Positions 27,870 to 37,716 of a DNA stretch of 64,000 nucleotides are shown here, one piece after another. The DNA is from Salinispira sp. GTDB taxonomy: Bacteria > Spirochaetota > Spirochaetia > DSM-27196 > Salinispiraceae. The translations under genes and the position numbers were made by a program. Position 1 is the stretch's first letter, and each line of letters starts with the position of its first letter. Below the pieces are notes generated by a model. That model was not told the DNA's origin and searched no databases. It was given only the letters and a program-made list of their open reading frames with translations. The DNA lies in NCBI GenBank assembly GCA_965602015.1, contig OZ271918.1, positions 352,001 to 416,000 on the forward strand, in the 5' to 3' direction.

Positions 27870-28555
27870 ATAAGCGCAACACAGAGGAACTGCCGGCGGC
27901 TGCCGATTCCCCGAACGGGGAATCCCGATCTGGAGAAACCAGAAGCGGGGAAGCCCGGGAGGATGACCTCCGGATCGCCGAGTTAAGCCGAAAGGCGAAG
28001 GAAGCAATTTCCGGCCAACCGATCAGCATTGCGGTTTCGGGCAAAAGCGGCTGCGGCAACACCACCCTCAGCAAGCTCATCGCCAAAACCCTCGACCTGG
28101 AGTTTATCAACTACACCTTCCGCAACCTGGCCGTCGAACGCGGGGTGACCCTGGAAGATATTATCGAACAAGCCGGCCGGGATGACGAAATTGACCGTAC
28201 CATCGACCGCCGCCAGGTTGAAATGGCCAGCCGGGGGAACTGTGTTCTTGCCTCCAGACTCGCCATCTGGCTAAAAAAAGACGCGGATTTGTCAGTGTAT
28301 CTTTACGCCGACGAGCAGATAAGGGTATCCCGTATTGCCGCCCGGGAGGGTTGGACCTTGGAAACCGCGGCGGAACACACTGCCATGCGCGACCGGGAAG
28401 ACCATCAGCGCTATTTGGCCATCTACGGCATCGACAACGATGATTACGGTTTTGCCGACCTGGTGCTGGATGCCGGTACTCTGAGCCCACGGGAAGAACT
28501 CATCGAGGTACTCAAAGCCCTTATTGAAGGCGTTGGAAAGCGGAGAAAAAAGTAA
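27866..28555 (+). CDS. cmk: cytidylate kinase, archaeal/spirochaete type
   Basis: IAVSGKSGCGNTT, NYTFR, ASRLAIW, RYLAIYGID. Confidence 0.8.
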   Translation: MNKRNTEELPAAADSPNGESRSGETRSGEAREDDLRIAELSRKAKEAISGQPISIAVSGKSGCGNTTLSKLIAKTLDLEFINYTFRNLAVERGVTLEDIIEQAGRDDEIDRTIDRRQVEMASRGNCVLASRLAIWLKKDADLSVYLYADEQIRVSRIAAREGWTLETAAEHTAMRDREDHQRYLAIYGIDNDDYGFADLVLDAGTLSPREELIEVLKALIEGVGKRRKK

Positions 28556-28690
28556 TTATAATTTTCCTGAGGCGGGCATGTAAGGAGGACCAATGGCCTG
28601 TGTTTATTTGCTAGTCAACAGCCGGCTCACAGAGATGGCGGGAGCTCCATGCGCCGCCCTATCCAGATCCAATAAATCAGTGGAGGGCCT

Positions 28691-29350
28691 GTGAGTTCGG
28701 CGATATGGTATGCCCTTATACTCCTTCTTCATATTCTTGCGCCGGCGGGAAACGTCACGCTGCCGGCGGAGGTGTACATCGATTCGGTTCCGGTGGCAAG
28801 CCTTGAAATCCGGGGCGACATGCGCTCCGGAGAACTTCATGGCGAACCCGGGTTGATCGGCGAGTATGAATCCTCCCGGCGATACCGCCAAAGTTATCAG
28901 CTGTTTCCCCGCTTCGATGTGCTGTCTGCGGTGACCGAAGGCATCGATGAAGAGGACCATCAGCAAAGTATGGGGGATACCCGCGCGATGGGACAAACGG
29001 CCGGGGGTAATGCTCCCTCTTCTCAAGGGGTAGAGAACCCCGCAGGCCTAGCTCCGGCTGATGCGCCCGCTACGACTTTGCGATATGCCTCGGGAGAATT
29101 GCCTCCCCTTTCTGTGGACCTCACTCCGGTAATGAGCGCAATTACCGTACCCGAAATCGGTCGGCAAGTCTCGTTTACCCAGACGGGTTACGAAGAACTG
29201 TTTTCCGGCTCCGGGGATTCCGAACAGATGGCTCCCGAAGGGGTTCGAAGCAGCGCTGAAAGCCCAAACCGGTGGATTATCCGCCGCAGCTCCAGCCAAA
29301 TCTCCTTGGCGGCGCCCCACCTGGGACTGCTGGTTATCGTCCGATTCTGA
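28691..29350 (+). CDS. hypothetical exported protein
   Basis: GGAGG RBS, GTG start, hydrophobic N-terminus; no recognised domain. Confidence 0.55.
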   Translation: MSSAIWYALILLLHILAPAGNVTLPAEVYIDSVPVASLEIRGDMRSGELHGEPGLIGEYESSRRYRQSYQLFPRFDVLSAVTEGIDEEDHQQSMGDTRAMGQTAGGNAPSSQGVENPAGLAPADAPATTLRYASGELPPLSVDLTPVMSAITVPEIGRQVSFTQTGYEELFSGSGDSEQMAPEGVRSSAESPNRWIIRRSSSQISLAAPHLGLLVIVRF

Positions 29351-29410
29351 CGGGTCAATCGCGGCGGTTCCCATTTGATCGGTGGCCGGCGCTTTGCTAC
29401 TATGGTGTCC

Positions 29411-29902
29411 ATGAACAGAAAATCTATTCTCTTTGTTTGCACAGGAAATATCTGCAGAAGTCCCCTTGCTCATGCCCTCTTTGAACATCATGCCAAAAAT
29501 CAGGGCCGGGAAGGGGATTTCACGGTGGAATCCGCCGGCACCCACGGCTACCACGTCGGGGAGAATGCCGACCAGCGCATGCGGGCCACCGCGTCACGGC
29601 GGGGCACGCCGTTCAGCCATCCGGCCCGGCACCTCAGCCTGAGCGATATCAGAAACTACGACTACATTTTTGTGATGGACCATGGACACATGCGCGAGGT
29701 GCGGGCCATGGCCGCCGCCCATGGAATCGGGGGTCTCGACGGACGGCTTCGCATGTTCAGGGAGTTCGATCCCCTGGGCAGCGAAAGCGACGAGGTACCG
29801 GACCCGTACTATGGCGGCCAAACCGGTTTTGACACGGTCTACGACATGGTGGACCGAACGTCGATTTCCATTCTCGAGGCTCTTGAAGATGGCCGTCTCT
29901 GA
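29411..29902 (+). CDS. low molecular weight protein-tyrosine phosphatase
   Basis: VCTGNICRS P-loop; SAGT; VPDPYYG. Confidence 0.95.
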   Translation: MNRKSILFVCTGNICRSPLAHALFEHHAKNQGREGDFTVESAGTHGYHVGENADQRMRATASRRGTPFSHPARHLSLSDIRNYDYIFVMDHGHMREVRAMAAAHGIGGLDGRLRMFREFDPLGSESDEVPDPYYGGQTGFDTVYDMVDRTSISILEALEDGRL

Positions 29903-30788
29903 CGCCCTCCTCGATGTAATAAAAAGGCATTGGCAGTCCTCTGTCGATCCAAGCACACTGTCGCTTCGCTCCCTTGGCGGGGGCTGCATCAATGAGGTTG
30001 TGCTGGTACGATCTCCGGTTTTTGGTGAAGTGGTGGTAAAACACCGAAGGGCCGCACCGGCAGGGTTTTTCGCTGCGGAAGCCCATGGACTTGAATCCCT
30101 GGCACAGGCTGCCGCCATTGATCCCGAGTCACTCAGGGTTCCCCGGCCCATCGGTTACAATGACGAATACCTCATCATCGAGCACATCAGCAGGGGTAAG
30201 CCCGGATCCGAGTTTCCGCGGCGCTTCGGAAGGGCCCTGGCGATTATGCATCAAACGGCAGATAAGAACCGGCCCTACGGCGGAACGGACAATTTTATCG
30301 GCTTAAGTCCCCAGGCCAACGGCGGTCCGGATTCCGACCTGAGTTGGCCGGATTTTTTTGTGAAATTCCGGCTGGAATTTCAGATGGCCCTGGCAAAAAA
30401 AACCGGGCGGGCGGATACGGTCCTTGAGTCGGCGGTGAGTCATGTCATCGCACATATTCATCGCGTGCTGCCCGAATGCCCTCCGGCCTCGCCTCTTCAC
30501 GGCGATCTGTGGGGCGGAAATTACCTGGTTGATACTGCCGGCAGGGCGGTGCTGATCGATCCGGCGTACTACCGGGGTCACGGGGAGGCTGATCTGGCGA
30601 TGACCGAGCTCTTTGGAGGTTTCCCCCGGGAATTCTATGAGGGTTACCGGGAGGTAATCCCCGATGACGGAAATTACGGGCGTCGCCGCGAGGTCTACAA
30701 TCTCTATCACCTGCTCAATCATCTCAATCTGTTCGGCGGGGGGTACCGTAGCTCGGCACTCGCCGCGGCAAAGGCGACGGGCTTGTGA
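29889..30788 (+). CDS. fructosamine kinase family protein
   Basis: GGGCIN, HGDLWGGN, IDPAYY, EADLAMTELFGGF, LNHLNLFG. Confidence 0.93.
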   Translation: MAVSDALLDVIKRHWQSSVDPSTLSLRSLGGGCINEVVLVRSPVFGEVVVKHRRAAPAGFFAAEAHGLESLAQAAAIDPESLRVPRPIGYNDEYLIIEHISRGKPGSEFPRRFGRALAIMHQTADKNRPYGGTDNFIGLSPQANGGPDSDLSWPDFFVKFRLEFQMALAKKTGRADTVLESAVSHVIAHIHRVLPECPPASPLHGDLWGGNYLVDTAGRAVLIDPAYYRGHGEADLAMTELFGGFPREFYEGYREVIPDDGNYGRRREVYNLYHLLNHLNLFGGGYRSSALAAAKATGL

Positions 30789-30855
30789 TGCCCAAAAGAG
30801 CCCGAGGGATCATTGATGCGGGCGGCCGGGTCTCCTATCATTACGGTGAGGATCG

Positions 30856-31272
30856 ATGATGTTTGAGTCGCTAAGCACCGGAACCCTGATGTTTTTGGAT
30901 TACTTTTTTCTCATTTTCCACGGAGTGTTTGTGGTTTTTAATGTCTTGGGGTGGATCTGGAGGAGCACCCGGCGCCTGCACATCATTACCATCGCGCTGA
31001 CGCTGTTTTCCTGGCTTGTTCTGGGGATATGGTATGGTTTCGGCTACTGTTTCTGCACCGACTGGCATTGGCAGGTGCGAAGTCTTTTGGGAAATCCTCC
31101 TCACCATTACTCGTACATTCAGTTTCTTGTGGAGGAGATTACCGGTGTAAATCCTCCGCGGCAGCTTACCTATGATGTGACAATGATCAGCTTTGCGGTC
31201 ATTGTCTTTCTCAGCGTCGTGATGAATATTGCCGACCTGCTGCGCCGCCGGCGCCGTCTCCAACAGGAGTAG
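30856..31272 (+). CDS. DUF2784-like membrane protein
   Basis: FH...SWLVLGIWYGFGYCFCTDWHW...SYI motif. Confidence 0.75.
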   Translation: MMFESLSTGTLMFLDYFFLIFHGVFVVFNVLGWIWRSTRRLHIITIALTLFSWLVLGIWYGFGYCFCTDWHWQVRSLLGNPPHHYSYIQFLVEEITGVNPPRQLTYDVTMISFAVIVFLSVVMNIADLLRRRRRLQQE

Positions 31273-31303
31273 AGCACCGGGTGGCGCGGCGGGGACACCG
31301 GGA

Positions 31304-33175
31304 CTAAAAAAGTCGGCCGGCGTCCAAAGCCCTCAAATAGCTCTGTTCCAGGGCGTCCAGAAGCTGACGCTCCTCGCTGCTGACATTGCCGTCGGCTTCG
31401 GCGGCTTTCCGCATCAAATCGATGATCTTTCGGCGCTTTCCGATGTCCAGCGGCATGCGTATGCTGATTCTCCCGCTCTTGGCCTGGGCAAACAGCGGCT
31501 CGATGTTCGACAGCCGATACCCCAGTTTTTTTGCGCTCTCCTCGAGAAAATCCCGTTCCTCGGGCGCCAGAACCCCGTCGGCGGCGGCCATCACCAGAAG
31601 GTTGTTGATTACATAATCCCGTACGTCGTAGAGGTTCTCCAGCAGTGCGGGATTCATCTTGACCTTCATCCTGGGCAGTTCGCTATGCATCTTCTGATAA
31701 TCCGCCCAGGTGAGATAATCGTCGAGGACCCACTCGAGCTCACCGGAGTTATATTCAGCGCCGCAGTAAGGGCAGGTAACATCAGTTGAATCGGAAATCG
31801 GGGCTCCGCAGGAGGCGCATTGATGCATGAGCACCGAGCCCTTCGCGCCCTGTCCGGCCATTTTCCGCTTGAGCACCAGCACGCGGTCCTGGGAAATCAG
31901 GGACGGATCGAGTATGCGCAGCCGCCCGTCCTTTACGGTAATCCGTTGAGCGGTGAACTGAACCGCTACGTAAGCCTTGAAAAAGTCTCCTTCTTCATGG
32001 GCGCCGATCATTACCGCATAATTAAGGTACAGCCGGTTGTAAATATAGGGTGATGAGGGAAATCCCGAGCGGATTTCATTGTAGGCCTTGTCCGAGGTGA
32101 AGCGCCGCATGTGCGCTGGCTCTGCCCGGGTGATCGCGGTTTGAATCTGAAAGAAGGTGTTGGATGCGATGTCTTCCAGGTGCTGGACGCTGAAGTCGGG
32201 GAATACCGATTTCAGACGGGAGGCCTTGCTGGTCATGTTGTATCGCCGCTTCAACGCCTTTTCCGCACCGTAATCGTCGGACTGACTGATTTCGGCCAGA
32301 ATCCAATCGTATTCTCCGCTGTTAACAAGAGCATTGCAGTAGGGGCAGCTGCCCCGTTCTCCCATGTCTTCCGGTAGAGGGGCGTCGCACTTGGGGCAGT
32401 TGTTGCTGGAATACATGTCGTATTCCCGCTGGCCGCTTCCGCTTCCGTCATCCTTCCTTCCCAGACGAATAAAACTCCAGAATTCCGTGAATCGCTCATG
32501 ACCTCCGCTGTTTAATTGGGGTAGGTCCTGGCAGACAAAGCGGTCGTTGATGCTCGCATCGATACCCACATGGATTACGGAAAAATCCCCGTCTTCCTCA
32601 AAGCTCTCAAAGAATACCTTATGCACCGTCACATTGCTTAATTCATTGGTCTGTTTGAGAAGCCTCATCATTTCGAACTGGGTAGTAAAGCGCTGGTAGA
32701 CCCCGTCCGAGATAAATCGGCGGACCCCGGAAATATCCTGTTTGCTCCAGGCTTCCTGTATCGCCAGGAAGGCCGTGCGGACCTTTTTGGAGAATGCATC
32801 TTCGTCGAATCCGGGGTTTTTTGTCATGAAGCGTTTTTGGCCGGGGGTTGAGCCCCGGTCCGCCGTCGGAATATTCCTGAACGCATTGCCGCTGGTCTGG
32901 TCGTGGCTTCTTTTGCTCAGAATGACGATAATGCCCGCCACGCTGAGAATGAGGATGGTGGGAATGGGACCCAATACCCGGAACATCCACCAGACGAGGT
33001 ATATGATGAACCCGCCGTCACCACCGCCGCCGCCCGATGAGCTTCGACCGGAGGAGCTTCCCCCGGCGCCCCCCGCCCGGGCGAAGAGGAGGGCCCCTCC
33101 GCCGACGAGCAGGAAAACGAGAATCAGTATAAAGATGCGCTTACATCTGAGCGAGAATATCCTTTTTCTTTGCAT
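31304..33175 (-). CDS. TIM44-like domain protein with duplicated zinc ribbons and C-terminal TerB-like domain
   Basis: ARAGGAGG signal; IQEAWS...EFWSF; CPKCDAP..CPYC and CASCGAP..CPYC; MAAADGVLAPEER...AAEADGNVSSEER. Confidence 0.8.
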   Translation of the reverse strand: MQRKRIFSLRCKRIFILILVFLLVGGGALLFARAGGAGGSSSGRSSSGGGGGDGGFIIYLVWWMFRVLGPIPTILILSVAGIIVILSKRSHDQTSGNAFRNIPTADRGSTPGQKRFMTKNPGFDEDAFSKKVRTAFLAIQEAWSKQDISGVRRFISDGVYQRFTTQFEMMRLLKQTNELSNVTVHKVFFESFEEDGDFSVIHVGIDASINDRFVCQDLPQLNSGGHERFTEFWSFIRLGRKDDGSGSGQREYDMYSSNNCPKCDAPLPEDMGERGSCPYCNALVNSGEYDWILAEISQSDDYGAEKALKRRYNMTSKASRLKSVFPDFSVQHLEDIASNTFFQIQTAITRAEPAHMRRFTSDKAYNEIRSGFPSSPYIYNRLYLNYAVMIGAHEEGDFFKAYVAVQFTAQRITVKDGRLRILDPSLISQDRVLVLKRKMAGQGAKGSVLMHQCASCGAPISDSTDVTCPYCGAEYNSGELEWVLDDYLTWADYQKMHSELPRMKVKMNPALLENLYDVRDYVINNLLVMAAADGVLAPEERDFLEESAKKLGYRLSNIEPLFAQAKSGRISIRMPLDIGKRRKIIDLMRKAAEADGNVSSEERQLLDALEQSYLRALDAGRLF

Positions 33176-34142
33176 CGTACTCTTCCTGGGTAATCAGCTC
33201 GGCGTCGAGCATTTTTTTGAGTTTGGCGAGCTTTTCCACCGGATCGTCCGCCGGAGCCCCTGCCTGTTGGCCCATCTGGCCGGACATCATATTGCCGAAT
33301 GCCATTCCCGCACCCATGCCCATGCCCATGCCTGCTCCGCCCCCTTCATTGGCTGCGGCGGCCTTCATGGCGTCGAGCTGCTGCATCTGGGCGTAGTTGA
33401 TGCCCGCCGCTGAGGCAGCCTGGGCTTCGGCGCTCATATCCGCAATGCGGTTTATTCTGCGCATAGTGTCTTCGTCGAAACTGGTTCCCTCTATCCGGAA
33501 GTCCTCGAGGATAAAGCCCAGTTCTTCAAAATCGGATTTTATTTTCGCTTCGAGGCCCGCGGAAATCTCATCCCGTTCGCGGTCGATCTGGGCATAACTG
33601 AATCCCGCTTCGGCGAAGTAATCCGTGAGGGGCCCGATGATACGCCCGCCCATGGTTTTTCGGAATTCCGAGAGGGCATAGCTCGGGGAGGCCCCGGACA
33701 CGTTCACAAAGAAGCTCTCTGGCTTGTGAATCCGGAAGCTGTAGTTGCCAAAAGCCCGCAGTCCGACGGGGAAGTTGTACACCGGATCCTGATATTTTAT
33801 GAGGCTTGGAGTGCCCCACTTCTGATCGACAATCATTCCCCGCTTGAAGTAGTAAATGCCCACCTTGTGTTCCGACACAAAGCCCTGCATGAACTTGCTG
33901 ATAGTCGTCCAAAACGGCACATTGTCGGTGTCCAGCTCATAACTGCCCTCTTCGAGGAACACACTCTCAACCTTGCCCTCGTAGACAAAAATGCAGCCCT
34001 GTCCCGGCCCCACGATGAGGGTGGAAGCGTTCTTTATTTCGTCCCCGTTATCGCTCCAACGGTAAAACAGTACATCCGCTGCGGGGTTCTGCCATTCGAT
34101 TACCGATCTGAACTGACTTCGTAGTGATCCAAAAATACCCAT
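33141..34142 (-). CDS. SPFH/Band7 (YdjI-like) protein with C-terminal SHOCT
   Basis: VIEW, STLIVGPGQ, KWGTP, LRAFGNY, GAGMGMGMG, LKKMLDAELITQEEYDAKKK. Confidence 0.88.
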   Translation of the reverse strand: MGIFGSLRSQFRSVIEWQNPAADVLFYRWSDNGDEIKNASTLIVGPGQGCIFVYEGKVESVFLEEGSYELDTDNVPFWTTISKFMQGFVSEHKVGIYYFKRGMIVDQKWGTPSLIKYQDPVYNFPVGLRAFGNYSFRIHKPESFFVNVSGASPSYALSEFRKTMGGRIIGPLTDYFAEAGFSYAQIDRERDEISAGLEAKIKSDFEELGFILEDFRIEGTSFDEDTMRRINRIADMSAEAQAASAAGINYAQMQQLDAMKAAAANEGGGAGMGMGMGAGMAFGNMMSGQMGQQAGAPADDPVEKLAKLKKMLDAELITQEEYDAKKKDILAQM

Positions 34143-34230
34143 AAAACCTCCGGAATGCGCCCTTTGAAATCATCACTGGGGGCGTCTGTCAGGTATACCA
34201 CCTGAGCCTTTAGTATATTCAACCGGCGGC

Positions 34231-35883
34231 TTATTTCCAGCGGTTCCTGAAATATTGGCGGATGAGATTAAACAGGTAATAGGAGGTCATCAGGGCGGCG
34301 ACGCCGAACCCCGCGAGCCCGACTATCGGCATGCCGTTCCACAGCGGCGGAATGCCCGAGCTGAAAATCATCGCCGAAGAGACCATTACCGCAGTAAGAA
34401 GGAGGCCGTAGACCACCCGGGATCCCACCTCGTCGAAGGTCTTCCGCAGTGGCTCGACACCTTCAATTTTAAACTCTATTCCCAGGCGTCCCCGCCGAAG
34501 CTGACGGAGTATCTCCCGGGTCTCCCGGGGGAAATCCTTGACCAGGGCTGCATAATCGCTGCTCACTTCAACGAATGCTCTCTGGGCCCGTTTGGGGTTG
34601 AATTGCTCCCGGATGACCTTGCGGACCACGATTCCCATTATGCTGCCGATGGTGAAGCTGGGTTCGAGCTGTTTTCCCACCCCGTCGATGGTAATGATGG
34701 CCTTGCTCATCAGGAAGTACTTGCTGGGCAGAATAAGATTGTGATTGCTGATAATCGCCATAATCTCCTGGAGCGCCCGGGCAAACTGAATATTTTCCAG
34801 GGGGAGGTTTATGTACTGGTCAATGATCTCGAAAAGATCGGTGCGGAAGGCGTCGATATCTATAGGTCCTCTCTGGCCGACCAGGCTTAATACGATTTCA
34901 ACCAGCCGTTCGTAGTCATTGCTCGAAACCGAGATTATCGCCTGATGCAGCTTGTCCATCTCCGCCGGGCTGATTTGCCCCATGATTCCGCAGTCGAGAA
35001 AGCAAATCCTTCCGTCATTTAACACGAGGATGTTTCCCGGATGAGGATCGGCGTGAAAAAACGCATGGACAAATACCTGGTCGATAATAGAGCGGGTTCC
35101 CAGTTTGGCGATCCGCCGGCGCTCGCTGTCCGAAATGCGCTTTGGATCCCTCAGGAGGGATGAGAGCTTGCGCCCGTGCATAAACTCCATAACCAGAAGC
35201 CGCTCGTTTGAAAGCCTGGTGTGCACCTTGGGTATGAGGACCTGTGTGGACCCTTCAAAGTTTCGGGCGAAGCGCTGCATATTCTGGGCTTCGTGATGGA
35301 AATTCACTTCCCGGCGCAGGGATTTGGAGAATTCCTGGACGAGATTGACCGGCTGAAGGGGCCTGAGTGCCGGGATGTAGTGGTCAACCTGCTTGGCTAT
35401 CCATAAAAGGATCTCCATATCTTCGTCAATGAGCTCGCGGATGCCCGGGCGCTGTATTTTTAGCGCCACCTCGCCATAGCCAGAAATCTGGGCTTTGTGA
35501 ACCTGGGCGATTGATGCGCTCGCTTCCGGTTCTATTTCGAAGTGAATCAGGTTCGCGTCTTTCGGCAGGAGCTGCTCGATGAGCACCTCGATGGTTTCCG
35601 CCGGGAGGGGGCTCACATTGTCCTGAAGCCGACTGAGTTCCCGGATGTACTCCTCCGGAATCACGTCCTTGCGTATTGAAAGCATCTGGCCGAATTTCAC
35701 AAAGGTCGGTCCCATTTCTTCGATGGCCAGGCGGATGCGCTGGGGCCGGCTTTGGCCCAGGACCTGTCCTTTTTTCCGGCGAAGTCTGGACGGCCTGATA
35801 TGAATATGGGAAAGCCAGTCGCGGAAGCCGTACTTCATTAATATTGTGCCGATCTGGCGTATGCGTCTGGCTGGTCGTGACAT
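34231..35883 (-). CDS. AarF/ABC1/UbiB family kinase
   Basis: MGPTFVKFGQ, LQD, ASASIAQVH, VALKIQRP, FHADPHPGN; C-terminal TMs. Confidence 0.92.
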   Translation of the reverse strand: MSRPARRIRQIGTILMKYGFRDWLSHIHIRPSRLRRKKGQVLGQSRPQRIRLAIEEMGPTFVKFGQMLSIRKDVIPEEYIRELSRLQDNVSPLPAETIEVLIEQLLPKDANLIHFEIEPEASASIAQVHKAQISGYGEVALKIQRPGIRELIDEDMEILLWIAKQVDHYIPALRPLQPVNLVQEFSKSLRREVNFHHEAQNMQRFARNFEGSTQVLIPKVHTRLSNERLLVMEFMHGRKLSSLLRDPKRISDSERRRIAKLGTRSIIDQVFVHAFFHADPHPGNILVLNDGRICFLDCGIMGQISPAEMDKLHQAIISVSSNDYERLVEIVLSLVGQRGPIDIDAFRTDLFEIIDQYINLPLENIQFARALQEIMAIISNHNLILPSKYFLMSKAIITIDGVGKQLEPSFTIGSIMGIVVRKVIREQFNPKRAQRAFVEVSSDYAALVKDFPRETREILRQLRRGRLGIEFKIEGVEPLRKTFDEVGSRVVYGLLLTAVMVSSAMIFSSGIPPLWNGMPIVGLAGFGVAALMTSYYLFNLIRQYFRNRWK

Positions 35884-35961
35884 ACTACTAACTATACTCT
35901 TTTGTGACATATATGCCAGTGCGGAGTGTTTGAAAGGATAGACAAAAGCAAAGGAGCACAT

Positions 35962-36504
35962 ATGAAAACCATTGGAAGATATGCAATAACCGCACTGATA
36001 TGTTTCGCCGCGGCGGCATCTTTAGGTGCACTTGGAGGCGGCGGGGCATTCTACGGAACCAACAGCGCCATCGGCAACCGATACAGCACCGCTGATTTTA
36101 CCCCCATGAGCATTCAGATGACCGGAGGCTACGGCTACGGCGTTGATTGGGACGGAACCAAAATCGGAGGTTTCGGTATGAGTTTTAACGAGTCCGGCAG
36201 CGATTCTCCCGCCGGAGGCTTCGGCGGAATGATCTTCGGCAGCTACAGCCGCCTCGGACCCTTCAGTTTCAGCGGCAATGCCCTGCTCGGCGTCGGCGGT
36301 CTCTCATGGCCCCAATACTTTCCTCCCGAAGGCGGCGTCGCCCTTATGACCCAGGTTGATGTGGAGTTGGGATTCCCAATCGTTCCCTGGTTTCAGGTGA
36401 GCGCCTACGGCGGTATGCAGTTTCTCATGCCCTTGTCCGACCGCTCGGACCGCATCATGCGCTACCCGGTAATGGGACTGCGGTTCACCTGGGGAGATTT
36501 CTGA
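35962..36504 (+). CDS. putative small outer-membrane beta-barrel protein
   Basis: AAGGAG RBS, signal peptide, Gly/aromatic alternating strands, terminal GLRFTWGDF. Confidence 0.6.
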   Translation: MKTIGRYAITALICFAAAASLGALGGGGAFYGTNSAIGNRYSTADFTPMSIQMTGGYGYGVDWDGTKIGGFGMSFNESGSDSPAGGFGGMIFGSYSRLGPFSFSGNALLGVGGLSWPQYFPPEGGVALMTQVDVELGFPIVPWFQVSAYGGMQFLMPLSDRSDRIMRYPVMGLRFTWGDF

Positions 36505-36535
36505 TAAATCAGCCGAACTTTCACTCTTTATATAT

Positions 36536-36570
36536 AGCGCCCCGGCAGATTGCCACGGGGCGCTTTTTTT
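36536..36570 (+). terminator. Rho-independent terminator
   Basis: AGCGCCCCG...CGGGGCGCT followed by a T-run. Confidence 0.75.
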
Positions 36571-36584
36571 AGTACATATGATCC

Positions 36585-37028
36585 ATGCAGACAAAAAGTA
36601 TAGATGAGTCCAAGGAATACCTCGAAGAGATGGCTGAAGAACTCAACGCACTGGCCGCCATGGACCAAATGGAAATGTACAGGATGCTTACCGACGTGGG
36701 AAATGAGATACCGTCGATTAAAGAAGAGGACAAGACCGATGACAACTTTGTCCGCGGCTGCATTTCCAATGTATATGTCGCCCATGAAATCCGAGACGGC
36801 AGAATCTGGTTTCGGGGTTCCAGCGAGGCCATGGTTGTGCGAGGCTATCTTTCCATCTTGATTCAGGCTTTGAGCGGTTTGACTACCGATGATCTGCTTC
36901 AGGGCTCCCGTCCGTTGGTAGAGCATTTCGGCGAGGCCACGAATATCAGGGCGAACCTTACCCCGAGCCGGGCGAACTCCTTCGGAAATATCTATTCCAT
37001 GATGCGGGCCAAGGCGGAGAAGAGCTGA
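36585..37028 (+). CDS. sufE: SufE-family Fe-S sulfur acceptor
   Basis: FVRGCISNVY, SEAMVVRG, LTPSRANSF. Confidence 0.85.
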   Translation: MQTKSIDESKEYLEEMAEELNALAAMDQMEMYRMLTDVGNEIPSIKEEDKTDDNFVRGCISNVYVAHEIRDGRIWFRGSSEAMVVRGYLSILIQALSGLTTDDLLQGSRPLVEHFGEATNIRANLTPSRANSFGNIYSMMRAKAEKS

Positions 37029-37049
37029 CAAGTTTTTTATCGGCCTCGG

Positions 37050-37078
37050 TTGACAAATAAAGGGCAATTTGCTACATT
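37050..37078 (+). promoter_or_regulatory. sigma70 promoter for the tRNA/secE cluster
   Basis: TTGACA - 17 nt - TACATT, 20 nt before tRNA-Thr. Confidence 0.75.
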
Positions 37079-37098
37079 CTGCGAGCATTTTTTACCAT

Positions 37099-37171
37099 GC
37101 CTCTGTAGCTCAGTCGGTAGAGCACCACCATGGTAAGGTGGGGGTCATCGGTTCAAGTCCGATCGGAGGCT
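37099..37171 (+). tRNA. tRNA-Thr(GGT)
   Basis: GCCTCTG/CGGAGGC acceptor stem, D arm GCTC..GAGC, anticodon loop ATGGTAA, GGTTCAAGTCC T arm; CCA not encoded. Confidence 0.95.
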
Positions 37172-37274
37172 CAATGATTGCTGGGAAAAAGGCCGGTCAA
37201 TAGCCGGCCTTTAGTAGCATGGCCCCGGTATTGTACTGGCGTCGGGGAGTTTCCTGCGGCAATCAGAAAATCAC

Positions 37275-37347
37275 AGGCCTATAGCTCAATTGGCAGAGCG
37301 TCGGTCTCCAAAACCGAAGGTTGTAGGTTCGATTCCTACTGGGCCTG
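37275..37347 (+). tRNA. tRNA-Trp(CCA)
   Basis: AGGCCTA/TGGGCCT acceptor stem, TCGGT-CTCCAAA-ACCGA anticodon arm, GGTTCGATTCC T arm. Confidence 0.96.
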
Positions 37348-37446
37348 CTTGTATTGAAATCAACGGGTATCAAAATCTGGATGAAAAACCCCGGCCCGGC
37401 ATAATTTGTACCGGATTTCGGGGATTTTTTGTAGAAGGGATGCAGC

Positions 37447-37626
37447 ATGAAACGTATTGTGCAATTTTTCAAGGACAGTATAGCTGAATTAAAAAAGGTC
37501 GTCTGGCCCAGCCGCGAAGAGGTTTCCAGTAATGCAAAGGTAGTTCTCGTTTCCATTGCGCTGTTTGCCATCGCGCTTGGTCTGGTGGATTTTGTCCTGG
37601 CAAGCGTCGTAGACCTGATATTCTGA
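37447..37626 (+). CDS. secE: preprotein translocase subunit SecE (59 aa, not in the ORF track)
   Basis: FFKDSIAELKKVVWPSREE plus a single TM; sits between tRNA-Trp and nusG. Confidence 0.95.
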   Translation: MKRIVQFFKDSIAELKKVVWPSREEVSSNAKVVLVSIALFAIALGLVDFVLASVVDLIF

Positions 37627-37716
37627 TGAACTGAAACCGCAGGGGTTTGCTCCGGCGGCACATTGCATCCGGCAATAGCCGGCAGCTTTCGCATCAGAAT
37701 TTTACGAGGGGGTACC

